Made by a program: the position numbers and the translations under genes
The notes under the pieces: model-generated
Told to the model about the DNA's origin: nothing
Databases searched by the model: none
What the model saw: only the letters and a program-made list of their open reading frames with translations
Assembly (NCBI RefSeq): GCF_040938485.1
Contig: NW_027271081.1
Span: 4,588,001-4,652,000, forward strand
From: Diadema antillarum
Lineage: Eukaryota
DNA: 64,000 nt
Direction of reading: 5' to 3'
Shown here: positions 38,901 through 51,092 of the stretch, one piece after another
Layout of the letters: each line of letters starts with the position of its first letter
How positions within the stretch are numbered: position 1 is the first letter of the stretch

Positions 38901-41900
38901 CTCGCTTTCCACACATCCGGGTCGCTAGTTGAGGTTGAGTTCATCCATACAAGCCGGGAGAACGGCGTGCCTCGTCATCGCGGATTAGCTATCTGGGGGC
39001 CTCCTGGATTCTTTATCCATTCAAGAAAACCAGATGAAAGGCCTGGGTGCCGGAAAACGTGTAATGCCTACTAGAGCCAGCGAATGAAAGCAACAGCCTA
39101 AGAACGACTCCAATTGAAGCATGCATGACATGTGCTTGTGTGAGTCATGTGTTGTGTGTGGATGACTGTGTGTGCTTGAGCATGGCACTCAAAATGTGTG
39201 TTTCACCAAGTTCGCATGGCGTTTTTATGCACCTCTGTGTCACGTCTAGTGGTTTGGCTCACCTTGCTAGTGTTCAAGTGTGGTACGATGAAAGAAAGAC
39301 CCATTCTGGATCGTCATTCAATTTATGGTGTTTCACGCAAACATGTATAGGTCATGTCACCTTGCCTGCTTTGATTTTCTTCTTGGTGTGTGTGTTTTGT
39401 TTTGTTTTTTTTCACTCTGTAAAACTGAAAATGCGATGTTTCTGCTAATAGCATGATGAGTACATATCGTGCTACATTCGTTCTTGTAGGATGTTCCCTA
39501 CTGGGAAAAATAAATGAATAAAATAATATCCTTCCTTGAAGCTTGAGCTTAGATCTATCAGTTGGTATTGGCTCATTTTATCTCCCTCCTCTTTTCGACA
39601 ACCCAGTCTTTTCATCACCTTTTCTTAAACGGAGAAAGGATCTCGCAATGCAGCTCCCCAGAGTAGCTTCATCCAGGCTGGTCACGACCCTCGACCGACA
39701 GGGTGAGACGCCCGTCTAGGTCCAATGCCACCCAAGAATGGACGTCCCCGGGTCCAGACTGCAGGGCCGCGTTAACACTCCGATCACCGCCGGGCCCATC
39801 ACGGTGGAACCATCGGCCACAGTATTAGCCTGACCCGGAAGTCAATGCACGTAGTGCTTCCACTTGGGGGAGCGATTTCGTGTGCCACGAACAGGTCACG
39901 CACTTGCAGAAGACTCTAAGTGGCTGCATGTATAAGAGAGAGGCATGGCTAGGCAGATGCGGGACAAAGTCGAATATCTACTACACTTGATGTTGTCCTG
40001 GATATGCCTCAATGGACATCTGCTATCGACGTACACAATTTTTTTTCCTCTCTCGCTCTCGTTCTACTTTGAAAGGTCCGAAAGATAACGATTAAAGCTT
40101 GAGTATTATCAACATATAGGGACAATCAAATAAATATCATTCCCTTTTAGGGGGAGGCAATTCATTGCTGCGGGACTCATGCAAATTGGCAAAATTCAAA
40201 CGTAATGAAATAAGAAAGAAACACATGTGACAAAATCTACATGGTCTATGTGTAACTTCATGTAGAGGTAAATTATTCTGACCACGAGAGGTTTGGGAAA
40301 ACGGCAAACTGAGGTGTACGTCAGATACATATTGAAGAACTAAAAAGGCAAAACAAACCGCGACACAGTATATATGTGGAGGAAAAAAGAAATAAACCTA
40401 TAACTGCCACATAAAAGCTGCTATATTTCGTTCGGGTTTAAAGCACACATGTTTATATTGTGATTCTCTTTCTGTTATCTTGTTTAAAGTTCTGTTTCTC
40501 TCCGTTTCTGTCATAATTTACGTTTATAAAGGCTGAATTTTAATACAGACACGACAAGCACAGGATCACTCACCAGATTTATGGCGTTGCAGAGGAGAAC
40601 CATGCTGGATATCAGCGTCGCCAGACCAAAGATCCAGTGCATGGGGTCCTTCAGGAGCAACTTGTAGTTGTCCTTGGATTTACGCAGCTTCTCCTTCTTC
40701 CGTCTCAGAGCGAGTTCTTTGGCGTGCAGTTTCCTGAGTCTGTCCTCGTCAGGATTAGGGGTAGCTTCCGGCGACCTGTCCTGCGGGGGCAGGGGCGGCA
40801 GCCTGTAGAGCGAGCTGCAGGCGAGGCCGCAGACAAGGATGACGGATGATATGACGCGGAGAGACGACCTCCAGCCGAAGCGGTCGAAGACGATCTCCAT
40901 TACAGGGCAGAAGATAAGCATCCCTGTGAAACGTTGTCGGGTTAATTAGGGACAAAACAATCATCAAAACAGGTGAAATGGTTTGCAAGTTCCGAAAGAG
41001 ACGATAAAAAGTTTAAAGAGTACCCCCGTAATAACGAACACAGTTATAACGAAATTCTCGTTACACAAAGAAAAACACTCAGGTCCCAACATTATTGTCT
41101 ACTTATCTTTATACACTTTATTGTTTGGCTATAACGAAATATAACAAAAGAAAACTGCCGGTCCCGAGAAACTGCGTTATAGCGGACAGTTGCCTGTGTA
41201 TGATTTCGTAGGGAGCTATTACGATACATCGTTTGCTACGGTCTAGATTTATAGCACCCTGTAAGACCCAACAAAATAACTATTATAAGTAACACTCTGG
41301 TAACGGTGGGGTGACATGATAACCTCATTACACGCAAAATTAGAGAGAAACACGAATTCTGCAATTCTTCAAGTTGTTCAGTAGACTAGGTCACTGTGTT
41401 ACTGCAGACAGATTAACAATCAACGATTGTGTCTTCACCTCAATTATACGGCTCTACAGGTGCCATACAGGTGCTATATAGGTCTACCTTATCAATGACT
41501 CACCTATAGTCGCTCCTACGCCGGGCAGCGTTGTGGGCATGGCGCACTCGTGGCTTTCGAAGTAGGCAATGACGACGTTGATGGTGCTGACGAACACGAA
41601 GTTGATGCCGACGCCGAACAAGAGACCAATGGTGATGAAGAGCACCCATGCTTCTTCTACGTACGTCGATGCGAAGAGGCCGACGAAGCAGAGAATGACG
41701 CCGACCACGGTGATTAAACGAGGTCCGAGTCTTTGGTAGATTGCGGTGATAAGTGGCGACAAAAGAACTAGGGCCCAAGCGAGAGAGGCTACCCAACCTG
41801 TGTGAACAAAATCAAAGGATTCGGTTATTGGCGCTTTTGTACATCTGGAGACATAAACACAATGGACACGCGAGGACATTTCATTTACCGTAATTTGCGT

Positions 41901-42486
41901 CCTAAATCCCACCCTCGATCGGCGTGTGACGACACGAAGAGCGTGTTCCACTCGTACGCCCGTCGAGATGGCCCATGCACTAGCTATACCGCTGAAATGC
42001 TAATGGAAGATCGAAAATTAGCTAATCACTGCAATGCCTTTCCAGTTTAGGTCAATTTGGCCCAGATGCTGTCGATTACGCCGAGCTCTCATCAACTGCT
42101 TCCTTAGGTTTAACATTTCGCAATTCACCTGTTTCTGTTGCCGAGGATTGCAGGTCCCTTCTGAGGCACATGTAGAGGACACCAAAGCTGTTGAAAAACC
42201 CCATAAAGCACGCAAACATTAACGACGAGGCTATGGTAAGAAGCCATCGGTAGTACCGAGGGCTCTTCCATAGTGTCGTCATCAGTGATGTCATACGCGA
42301 GATCCCGCGGCGACTTCTGACGGCTTCGTCGAATCCCTCGCCGACATGGAGCTGCGGCGTGCCGGGACCGATGCTCTGCTGGGACGAACGGAGAGCGGCT
42401 CGCAGAGGCGATTCGTCCGGCCAGATGGACGAGAGGTCCCGCTGGGAGACACACTCGTAGACGATCCGGCTGCTTCCGGAGTTCAT
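32586..42486 (-). CDS. SLC16-family (monocarboxylate transporter-like, MCT8/MCT10-like) MFS transporter; 6 coding exons, 582 aa
   Basis: Exons 42486-42129, 41797-41504, 40923-40574, 35003-34778, 33829-33686 and 32962-32586. All have GT/AG boundaries and compatible phases (1,1,0,1,1), totalling 1749 nt. The protein has about 12 hydrophobic segments and the motifs GFFNSFGVLY, WVASL..LSPL..RLGPR, FDRFGWR and VDTGARL. Confidence 0.92.
33686..33829 (-). CDS. SLC16-like coding exon 5 (not in the ORF track)
   Basis: gttgcag|TTGTT...CCAG|gtgaga; 144 nt; reads VVGIARAILYSIIYAASVETFGHAVHQESFAFILLMTGLGCLLAPIIPG. Confidence 0.9.
33875..34052. mobile_element. pogo/Tigger-type MITE in SLC16 intron 4
   Basis: TA|cagtcaaacctgtctatagcg...cgctatagacaagttcgactg, with internal gcgaccac repeats. 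Confidence 0.85.
34778..35003 (-). CDS. SLC16-like coding exon 4
   Basis: gccatag|GTGGAA...ACTG|gtgcgt; 226 nt; encodes SILGFVDTGARL. Confidence 0.88.
40574..40923 (-). CDS. SLC16-like coding exon 3
   Basis: tttcacag|GGATG...AATCTG|gtgagt; 350 nt. Confidence 0.92.
41018..41196. mobile_element. Degraded pogo/Tigger-type MITE in SLC16 intron 2
   Basis: Repeated ataacgaa motifs and imperfect termini ccccgtaataacg / cgttatagcgg..ctg. Boundaries approximate. Confidence 0.6.
41504..41797 (-). CDS. SLC16-like coding exon 2
   Basis: cacacag|GTTGGGTA...ATAG|gtgagt; 294 nt. Confidence 0.92.
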
Positions 42487-42516
42487 GCTGTTCGCCCCAG
42501 TGATCTAGTCGTGCAG
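42129..42516 (-). CDS. SLC16-like coding exon 1 (ATG at 42486; acceptor at 42517 implies an upstream exon)
   Basis: ttgccttacag| acceptor; donor ACAG|gtgaat; encodes the N-terminus and TM1. Confidence 0.85.
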
Positions 42517-44774
42517 CTGTAAGGCAAGAGGAACAAACGTACAGACGTGATTGAGCCAAGCCCACACTACAGGCTGATGCAAGAAATGATGACATTTTCA
42601 GCGGAGCAACTTTGCAGGCACATAAACATACGGAGGGTACACATCCAGCATGAGACCTAAGTGAAAATGAAAGGCACTTTTAAAGAAAGATTTATGTGCA
42701 CATGCATAAAATAAGACATTTGCATTTAATAAATCATGTAATTCGTGTGTATTTTTGTCCTTCTTTGTTTGTATACGGTTGAAAAAAATAAACAAATAAA
42801 AACACACAACTGACGAGACAATAGAAGGACGAACCAGAGGTGGAAGAAAATCACGCGATTGTCTTATTACAATATCGAAAACCTAAAGAAGAGTTTATGA
42901 CTGAAATGTACTTTTCAGGTTGAATGCAAAACAAGAACAGTAAAATATGTCTTTGTTGCGTACGCTTCCAAGTTCTCTTATAAACGATCGTATACATCCA
43001 TCTAGTTGCTGACATGTCATGCTATCTCGAGAGCAAAGAATACTCATAAGAGTTTCATTATACTCATTTAAGTTGGTATACGCTGCACAATGTCTATCTT
43101 CGTGTGGACAAAGGGCTACTCCTGAAGCCATACATTTTTATAATAGCGAGATTTAGATCTGTGACGCAAAGGCTATAAAAGACGACGCAGCCTCCCGGGT
43201 TGAACAATGGCAACAGCTGCTACGCGCATGTGCAGAACACCATTTTCGGCCTAATTAGCGTCGTCTTAGCGTTCGCGTCGCAGATTTAAAGCTCGATAAT
43301 GAATGCAGAGATGACGCACTTCGAAAAGAAGCCGACTTCTCGGTCTTCTCTGGAATCACTTGTTTGGTTTAAAAAAAAAAATGTTGCTATTTCATAGCGA
43401 CTTGCAATAATCATAAAAGATTAGTCGATTTCTTGACGTAAGTCTACATGCGTAACCTCATCAGATAAAATCTCCGTGGAAACGTTTTTTCTATTTCCAT
43501 AGCAAACCAACAGCTTACTAATATCTCTTTTATCATCATTATTTTCTCTCTTTTTTTTTTTTTGGTATGATTTTGATTTTGATTTTGCCAAAGGTAATTC
43601 TAGGCCACAGAGTGTGTGTCTGTTTATTTTATTCTTTTTTTTTTTTGGGGGGGGGGGGTACTTTAGGTTTAAGATGAGGTGCTCCTGTAAATTTCGCAGT
43701 ATAATGTATTACGAGTTACAATCAGCAATCTATCAACAACTATCAGCAATCTATCATCACTTTGCATTTACGCGCAATTTTCATGTGTTAGAGTGATACA
43801 CATTCGGTGCTCTACACTCGGTGCTCTACACTCTACACTGCTCTTTACTCGGTGTCAACTGCGGCGACCTATGACCATGCGGGCGTGGATGCCATTATTC
43901 TGGAAAGCAAAACAATCCTTGTGTTGGCGTATACGACTCCGTGACTCGGTTTCACTTCAGTTCCCGTATCACGATCCATGATCCAAGACGAAACAGGATT
44001 CGCCTGGCTATCACTTAAGTACCGAAGTGAGAGAACCGCCTTAAACCGGATCAAGATATGCAAAACATCATCACTGCCAAAGTCAGATAGCAAAAAGGGT
44101 TCCACTTAATGGCCGTAATTACATATACCCGCCTACACGAAGCAAGCTAGGTTGCAAGAAACCTCACAAGTACAAGGTTTCGGCCAAGTCACGTTGCTGC
44201 ACTGTTTGTTGTTGTCTTTCTAGTCCTGCTTGTTTTATGAGAATGGTAACCCGTAACGTAAGCTTGAAAGGGATAGGCCGCAAAGCGAAGACTGAGTGGA
44301 CTAAAACAATATCGTGCCCACACGCAGAAGAAAGATTGATGTTGAGGCATTTTGTCATTATCAATACTTCGAAGTGTTATAAAAATATCCCACAAACAAA
44401 TCTTTTCCAGGAAAACGTTTTGAAAAAGGAAGCTGTATCATATTACATTGCGCCCTGTGCCGTCTCTTTTTTGCCTGGTTTCATATCGTTAATACAAAAA
44501 TAAACACACACAAACACGCAAACAGTTGAACAGTATCGGCGAATTCGATACGGATGATAACTTCCGTGTGTGTTGGGCCTCCGGCGTTTGTCGGGTGACT
44601 TCACGTGGACTGCATGTGGACTGCTGAAGATCGATGGGCATGACAAATTCAGCTTTGCCTGCGAATACTCGTGATCAACTGAACAATCCCGTTTCACACA
44701 GCGCAGTATAACCATGGAGCTACAACGTACCTCCATAGTCTAACCATTGTGTTTGTCACAATACTCACGGGGTC

Positions 44775-44945
44775 GCATAAATTGATAATAATAAAGTCTT
44801 CTTTATCCAGGGTAGCCTCTTCAGTGTTTCTACCAGAGGGCCCTGCCACTATTATTACCCTCGTGTTGCCAGCTACCCATTTATACACCTGGGTCGAGAG
44901 GGACATGGTGGGTAAAAACTTCTTGTCCATAAGAAAAGGAAATAA
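44775..44945 (-). repeat. SINE body and tail fragment lacking its tRNA head
   Basis: Minus strand ccctctcgacccaggtgtataaatgggta resembles the central domain of widespread invertebrate tRNA-SINEs (from recall). Ends in a (tta)-rich tail. Confidence 0.55.
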
Positions 44946-47059
44946 TATGTAGGCCCTACGTCAGAAATATAAGATAAGATCTTGAACATATTGAGTCTGC
45001 TGCGATATGTACATGATCTGAATTATCCCATTTGATATAAAAAGTAATGGATATGTTTAGTCTGATTATCATTATGTGATGTAGATGGCAACATTATACG
45101 TGCAAGTAGTGCAAGTATAATATTGAAAGTAATCGTACACCAGCCCCCGTGGGTCTCATTATGACATTGTGTCGAAGAGCCAATTACAATTCGAGGATGG
45201 CGTAATTATCCTCATTAGCTCGACATAATTCCTCTACAGACCTCTAGCGCGTGAGTGACGGCGACCTATACATGGCCCAATAACATGTAATGGCTTTGGA
45301 TAAGCGAAAGAAATGTAATAATCGGTGACTCATTCATGAGCAGACCAATTGAAAGTCAGGTGTCAGCCAACAAAATTACATGTGGGTATCATTGTCAAAC
45401 GAATCGACAGCATTCATTGCGTGACTCCTACATTCCTATAATGATTTCTTTATTTGATTTGTTATCCTTTTCAGAGAATTTCGGAGGAAGGAATGCCCTC
45501 CTTTAATTTTTGTTTTCATTGAGAACCACTACCCTTTAATTTATGTTTTCATTGAGAACCAAAAGTAGTTGATACATTAATACGAATAGTGACTCGATGA
45601 ACTTTTCCTTTCGAGAAGGTCAATAGCATTTTGCGCCAGTATAAGGAGTAACACCGAAACTCGATTCTTTACACTTGACCCGTCACTCGCGTGCGCCAAC
45701 GCTTTAAATTATACACGAAGACACTCCGACATCATGACATTATACACAGCACTGTCTAGACGGCTGCTGAGCAGTATCCATTATGCATTCACCTGATGGT
45801 ACCGTTTCGTGTCGTGGTGCTCATCGAGTCGCATTCGATGAGAGACGGGGTGGGGGGTGGGGGGGGGGGGGGGGCCTCCGCTCACAACATTAAGCCTGCA
45901 GAAAATGACCGGTGCCGTGGGGGTGACTCGTTCACGTACGGACAAATCTTTTCTGCAGATGATCATGTCTGTTTCACGCGAAGCAATAAACAGAAGATGC
46001 TACTGTTTATCGGTGTGGTTTGAATACACAGGCATAGGCTACTGACATATCGGAAAACAGACAAAAGAATAAATCGCTCTCTTGAGACTGAGGTGCCCAT
46101 CAAGAACCCATCAAGTCGGATCCTTCGATGTGTGATTTTCCTAGTTGTGAAAGGGAGTGAAAGGGCAGGAGAGAGAGAGAGATGAAGAAGGCGGAGAAGA
46201 AGAAGAAGAAGAAGCCTGTTAGAAGGAGAAAGAGAGAGACTGCAAGTTGGGAAGATATGACGAAATAATTTATATATCTTCTCCTCGTAGATCAAGATTT
46301 TTCCCGATGAAAAACGTCTACGACTATTATTTATGCCCTGCAAAGCACACTCAGTACAGTGTATAGAACCCAGTAAATTCACTACGCTGAGAGTCGCATG
46401 CATGCTGTGTTTCTTGCGCTGAAACACACTGAAACGATACCCTTGGAAATACAATTGTAATCGGTACCTCATAACTAACTCAGTACACCACATTGTAATA
46501 AGCGAGGCACTGCTCCGACTACGGATGTATTGTAGAGCCGCTGTACGTCAAGCACCTAGTCTTCGATCCAGCCGCGAGTCGGCAAGCTTTTCGGCAAGCT
46601 TTGTCCAGGGTGGCGAACATGCGACATTTACTTCCCACCTGCTTCCAAAACAGTCAGCGCCTAAAATTGATAAAGAATCATTTCCAAAATTCAAGTGAGC
46701 GGTACCGACATTATAGAGCGCTCTTCTCGAATACACTGATCTTGCGCTGCAGAAAACTGCTTCTCCAAACATACCTTTCATCTGATGGGCTCGAGAAGGT
46801 ATAGTAGTGCAAGGGCACCCCTGTACAAATACGCAAGTTAGTACATGTAAGATGAGCAAAAGATGAGTGACGAGAACAGATATTATGTGTGGAGTCATAT
46901 ACCGAATAATACGTGTGGACTGTGAGTATATTGCACAGCTGCAAGATGACTGATAGCGTGATGACAGGGATCTTCTGGTGAAGGGCCAAGTCTGCCGCAA
47001 ACCAACGATACTGATAGGGCTGACAAACTTGCACCTTTTCATATTATTCTTGGCACCAC

Positions 47060-47617
47060 TTAAAGGACAAGTTCACCTTCATAGACATGTGGACTAAGTG
47101 AATGCAGCAATATTAGTAGAATATATCAGTGAGAGTTCGAGCAAAATCGGACGATCCGTTAAAAAGTTATGAATTTTTGAAGATTCTGCTCAGTCATCGC
47201 TGGATAAAAAGACTACTATAGTTTATGATGTCACATGAGTACAACGATATAAAGAAAGAATAAAGAAAATTCAACATATTTCCAGTTTTCTCGCATAACA
47301 CTCGACTTCTCTCTGTCAGAAGGCAGGGGGAATAATATTACCCATAACATACGTCAGTAGCAAGTCGAAGAAATGTGCACTTTATTCAAAAAGAAAAGTT
47401 TTGTGAAATTCTTTTTTTATTTTCCTTATATAGTTATATGCATGTGACATCATACACTGTAGTAGTCTTCTCTTCCAGCAGTGACTGCGCAGATACTTAA
47501 AATATTCGTAACTTTTGAACGGATTGTCCAATTTTCCTCAAACTTTCACTGACGCGTTCTACTAATATTGCTGCATTCTCTCAATCCTTATGTATATGAA
47601 GGTGGACTTGTCCTTCA
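47060..47617. mobile_element. TTAA-family MITE (uninterrupted copy of the 18431 element)
   Basis: TTAA|aggacaagttcaccttcatag...tatgaaggtggacttgtcct|tcat. Confidence 0.88.
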
Positions 47618-47939
47618 TTAAATTTAAATAGGCAAAAGAAAATGAAAATACGCAAATATCAAGAAGAAATACCGACGAGGAACAAACCTCCTCCCATGAA
47701 TGACTCAGCGGAACGTCTTGCTTTATATCTCCCCTTTAGGTATCATCATTATTTCTTCTATCTTTTTTTTTTACATTTTTCTCAGCTGTGAAACGCTTGA
47801 AATGTTTTATACGATAAACAGATTCTTGTGCCTTTCAGAGCAAGGATCCGCAGAGACGAAAAGTGTCCACAATGTTAAACAAAGGTGGTTGAATATCCAA
47901 GGCTAGGAATTGCTGGTATTTTGAGATACTTCACACACA

Positions 47940-48327
47940 TTAAAGGGATCGTATAGTTTTGGTTGAGATTTAATTTCAGGTTTCTAACATTTTTGGTGAG
48001 ATAATGGGAAACCTCTTATGAAATATGAAAGAGCATGTAATTCCATGAGGAATTCAACGTTTATTTGATGCAAATAGGTTTTGAAATGGCTGAGATATCC
48101 AAAACAGAGCGATTCTAATAAGTGTGGGACCCACACTTTATTACGATCGCTTTGTTTTTCTTTGTTTTTGGATGTTTCAGTCATTCCAAACCCGTTTTTC
48201 ATCAAATAAACTTTGAATTCCTTTTAAAATGGTGTGCTCTGCACTATTTCATAAGTGTTTTCTTGGTATCTCGCAAAAAGTTAAAAGCCCAATTCTCATC
48301 TCCACCAATACTGTACCATCCCTTTAA
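47940..48327. mobile_element. TTAA-flanked MITE, second family
   Basis: TTAA|agggatcgtatag...ctgtaccatccct|TTAA, with internal inverted symmetry. Confidence 0.8.
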
Positions 48328-48390
48328 GTGGTCATTATTTTCTATCGAGGTATGGAGTGAAGTATGGAATCCGTCTCCCTTGCTTTAGGG

Positions 48391-48525
48391 NNNNNNNNNN
48401 NNNNNNNNNNNNNNNNNNNNNNNNNNNNNNNNNNNNNNNNNNNNNNNNNNNNNNNNNNNNNNNNNNNNNNNNNNNNNNNNNNNNNNNNNNNNNNNNNNNN
48501 NNNNNNNNNNNNNNNNNNNNNNNNN
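48391..48525. other. Assembly gap (135 N)
   Basis: Run of N. Confidence 1.
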
Positions 48526-48985
48526 TCCAGATCCTCCACTGAACTTCTATGCCAGTGGAAACGAATGACCGTACTGGAAGGCCGGAAGTCGCTATTATGT
48601 AACGACTATGTTTGGGAGAGTTCCTGGAGCTGCGGCTACAACATTGAGATTGGTGCATGAATTACAAGGTTCTGATCGAGATAAATATATGATAGCTTGC
48701 CTAACTAGAATTATATTAACGGAGTGACTGTACCATAATGACAATCATGCAGGCGTTATACTGCCCCGAAAGATATTCGGCTCTGATGGTGCACATTAAA
48801 GCATAGGGTCAGGGTTTCTTGAGCCATATCGTATGATTTCAGGTATATATCTTCTCAGGATCCAACGGCAACTTCGTGAAAGGTGGCAAAATCTTCGTGT
48901 AGTCGTGGTGTTTCCTTCGTGTGTCCGTCGGGTAAACTTATAAATAAAGATTTACATCTTCGTGTAGCCTTCGTGTGTAGTTCAG

Positions 48986-49142
48986 GGCCCCATTTCATAA
49001 AAAGTTGATATGATAGCAACTCTTGCTGGAATGGCAATTGTCATAGTAACGACAAGAATCCAGCTTCCTGATTGGCTGTTACAACTGGAAGTTGCCATTC
49101 CAGCAAGAGTTGCCATCCTAACATCATTCATGAAATGGGGCC
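48986..49142. mobile_element. Palindromic MITE, Harbinger-like, CAG TSD
   Basis: CAG|ggccccatttcat...atgaaatggggcc|CAG; internal caactcttgctggaatggcaa / ttgccattccagcaagagttg. Confidence 0.85.
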
Positions 49143-49209
49143 CAGGTGTTATCTTGTGAGTCGGTGACCATGGAGCTACAGCACAGTGTAGCTCCATGTT
49201 GTGACCTTC

Positions 49210-49470
49210 TTCAGTTCAGTTCAGTTCAGTTTTTATTTCTGCATTTCAAAATCAATACAAATCAACAAATCAACAAAATACTCACATAGTCATTTACACA
49301 GCTAATATTCGTAACGTTTGGATCTTACATACATTTTCTTTTATTTCAAGAACGAATATCATATATGAAAGGAAGCAATAGGAAATGATCAAAATGAAAT
49401 GCAGGGGACCATCATCATAAGCTAAGCTTGACGAGGAAGATGGCCCCAGGTAAAGAGATACATAAAGTAA
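49210..49470 (-). mobile_element. 3' end of an L2/Crack LINE
   Basis: (gaact)n tail after aataaa on the minus strand, and a terminal stem-loop ggggccatc...gatggtcccc (49404-49447). Confidence 0.65.
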
Positions 49471-50711
49471 ATCTTGCCACTCACTGAGTGGGGGGTAATT
49501 GTGCAAAGGGCACAACGAAGAGATACGTAAAGAAAATCTTGCCACCCACTGAGTGGGAAGTAATTGTGCGAAGGACGTGCGGTGCAGTGCGGTGTGCACT
49601 GTGTTGGGATGAATCTTGGTTTGTCCGTTGAGTGTTATTTTGTGTATCAGTGTGATGAGGTGAATGTTACTTCAGTTATGGCCGTGAACTCATTGTTTAG
49701 GGTGTTTGTTGACCAGGTGGTATGAATATGTATCGTACTTACTTCGGCTCTTGATTGGCTGTTGACCACGTCAACTTCGCTCGAAATTGAAAATTTCCCA
49801 TTCGTATCGCCATCTTGGGTCAATTTCGGGACATTTTGACGCCACCCTGACGGTTCCCCAACACCGACGAAGTCGTATTGTAATTTGGCTCTTTATGTGT
49901 GCTGAACACGAGTCGTTTGCTTGAAGCTCACTAGTAACGGCAACAATGCACTTAAAATAGTCAAGAGGCTACCGACAGGACTGTAAAGAATACTACAGGT
50001 ATTATTGTTTACAACGATCATGGAGCTACAATGCATACAATCTGGAACGCACCGGTAGTGCATCGTGAAAATGTCTTGGGTATGACACGGAGAGGGAAAA
50101 TAAAACTTATGAAGAAATGCGGCGGTGTTATGGTGTAACGGCATGTAGCGCTATATAGCAACGATGACTTGTTTCTTTAACAAAATGGCGTCGACGAATC
50201 TCCGTCGTACATGGCCCTTGAGGCACGAATCAACTATTCATTAACTTGTTTACTTGGCATTTCAGCTCCCGTGAACGCTGGGCGAGCGGTGCTGGGAGGC
50301 AGAAACTACCGTGGGGTGGTGCTGGATGGAGAGAACACGAATGTTGGATAAGAGTGATGATAGATGTGTATGAAAATTGACAAAATAATAGAGTATGTCA
50401 ATCAAAAACATAAGGAAATGGAGACGCAACTAACACACAAGTAGCGTACCGCATATTCACAATAATATTATCTTGTGAACGAATTTTTCCCCCTCCTGTC
50501 TCATCAAATTTAATTGCCGCAATATTCTCATCCTGTTCGCAGCCATTTTGTGCAGAAATATTGCTTAACGGTCAATTGCGTGTGGCTACAGTAGATTAAG
50601 GCGCAGTTTCACAACTTGCGAAAGACTTTACGAAATAATAGAGCACTACGAGTTACACATTAATCTGGCACTGAGGCCCTCAAATTACTGTGACATTATA
50701 TGCATGACTTT

Positions 50712-51017
50712 TTAAAGGATTGTATAGAGTTGGTTTGGATGGGGAGTTCAGATCTTGACTTTTTGCGAAATAATTAGGAACCACTGACGAAATATCGAAG
50801 AGCATACAATTTTAAGCGGTATCTAAAGTTTACTTGATGAAAATCAGTTTAGAAAACTTTAATACATCCAAAACCAAAGTAAAGCAATATGGCACTAATG
50901 AACGATGGGTCTCATCTTTTGTTAGGACCACTTTGTTTCTGGATATGATATCTCAGCCATTAAAAAATTCCTCTTATAGACTTGCATACTTTTTATTTCA
51001 TGAGATGTTTCTCATTA

Positions 51018-51058
<41 letters not shown>

Positions 51059-51092
51059 GGAAACCCATCTCAACAAAGACCTGTTCCTTTAA
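50712..51092. mobile_element. TTAA-flanked MITE related to the 47940 family
   Basis: TTAA|aggattgtatagagttgg...gttcct|TTAA; shares atatctcagccatt and gaagagcat blocks. Contains a (CA)n expansion. Confidence 0.65.

Noticed and set aside
39810-39900. GGCTAAT plus a short stem as an HDV-like ribozyme
   Set aside because: P1, P2 and P3 cannot be assembled in the required order.
46548-47042. 164-aa ORF with IVGLRQTW resembling a LINE endonuclease motif
   Set aside because: No other APE motifs; too weak to call.
48385-48390. TTAGGG immediately before the gap as an interstitial telomere
   Set aside because: Only one hexamer is visible, which is expected by chance.
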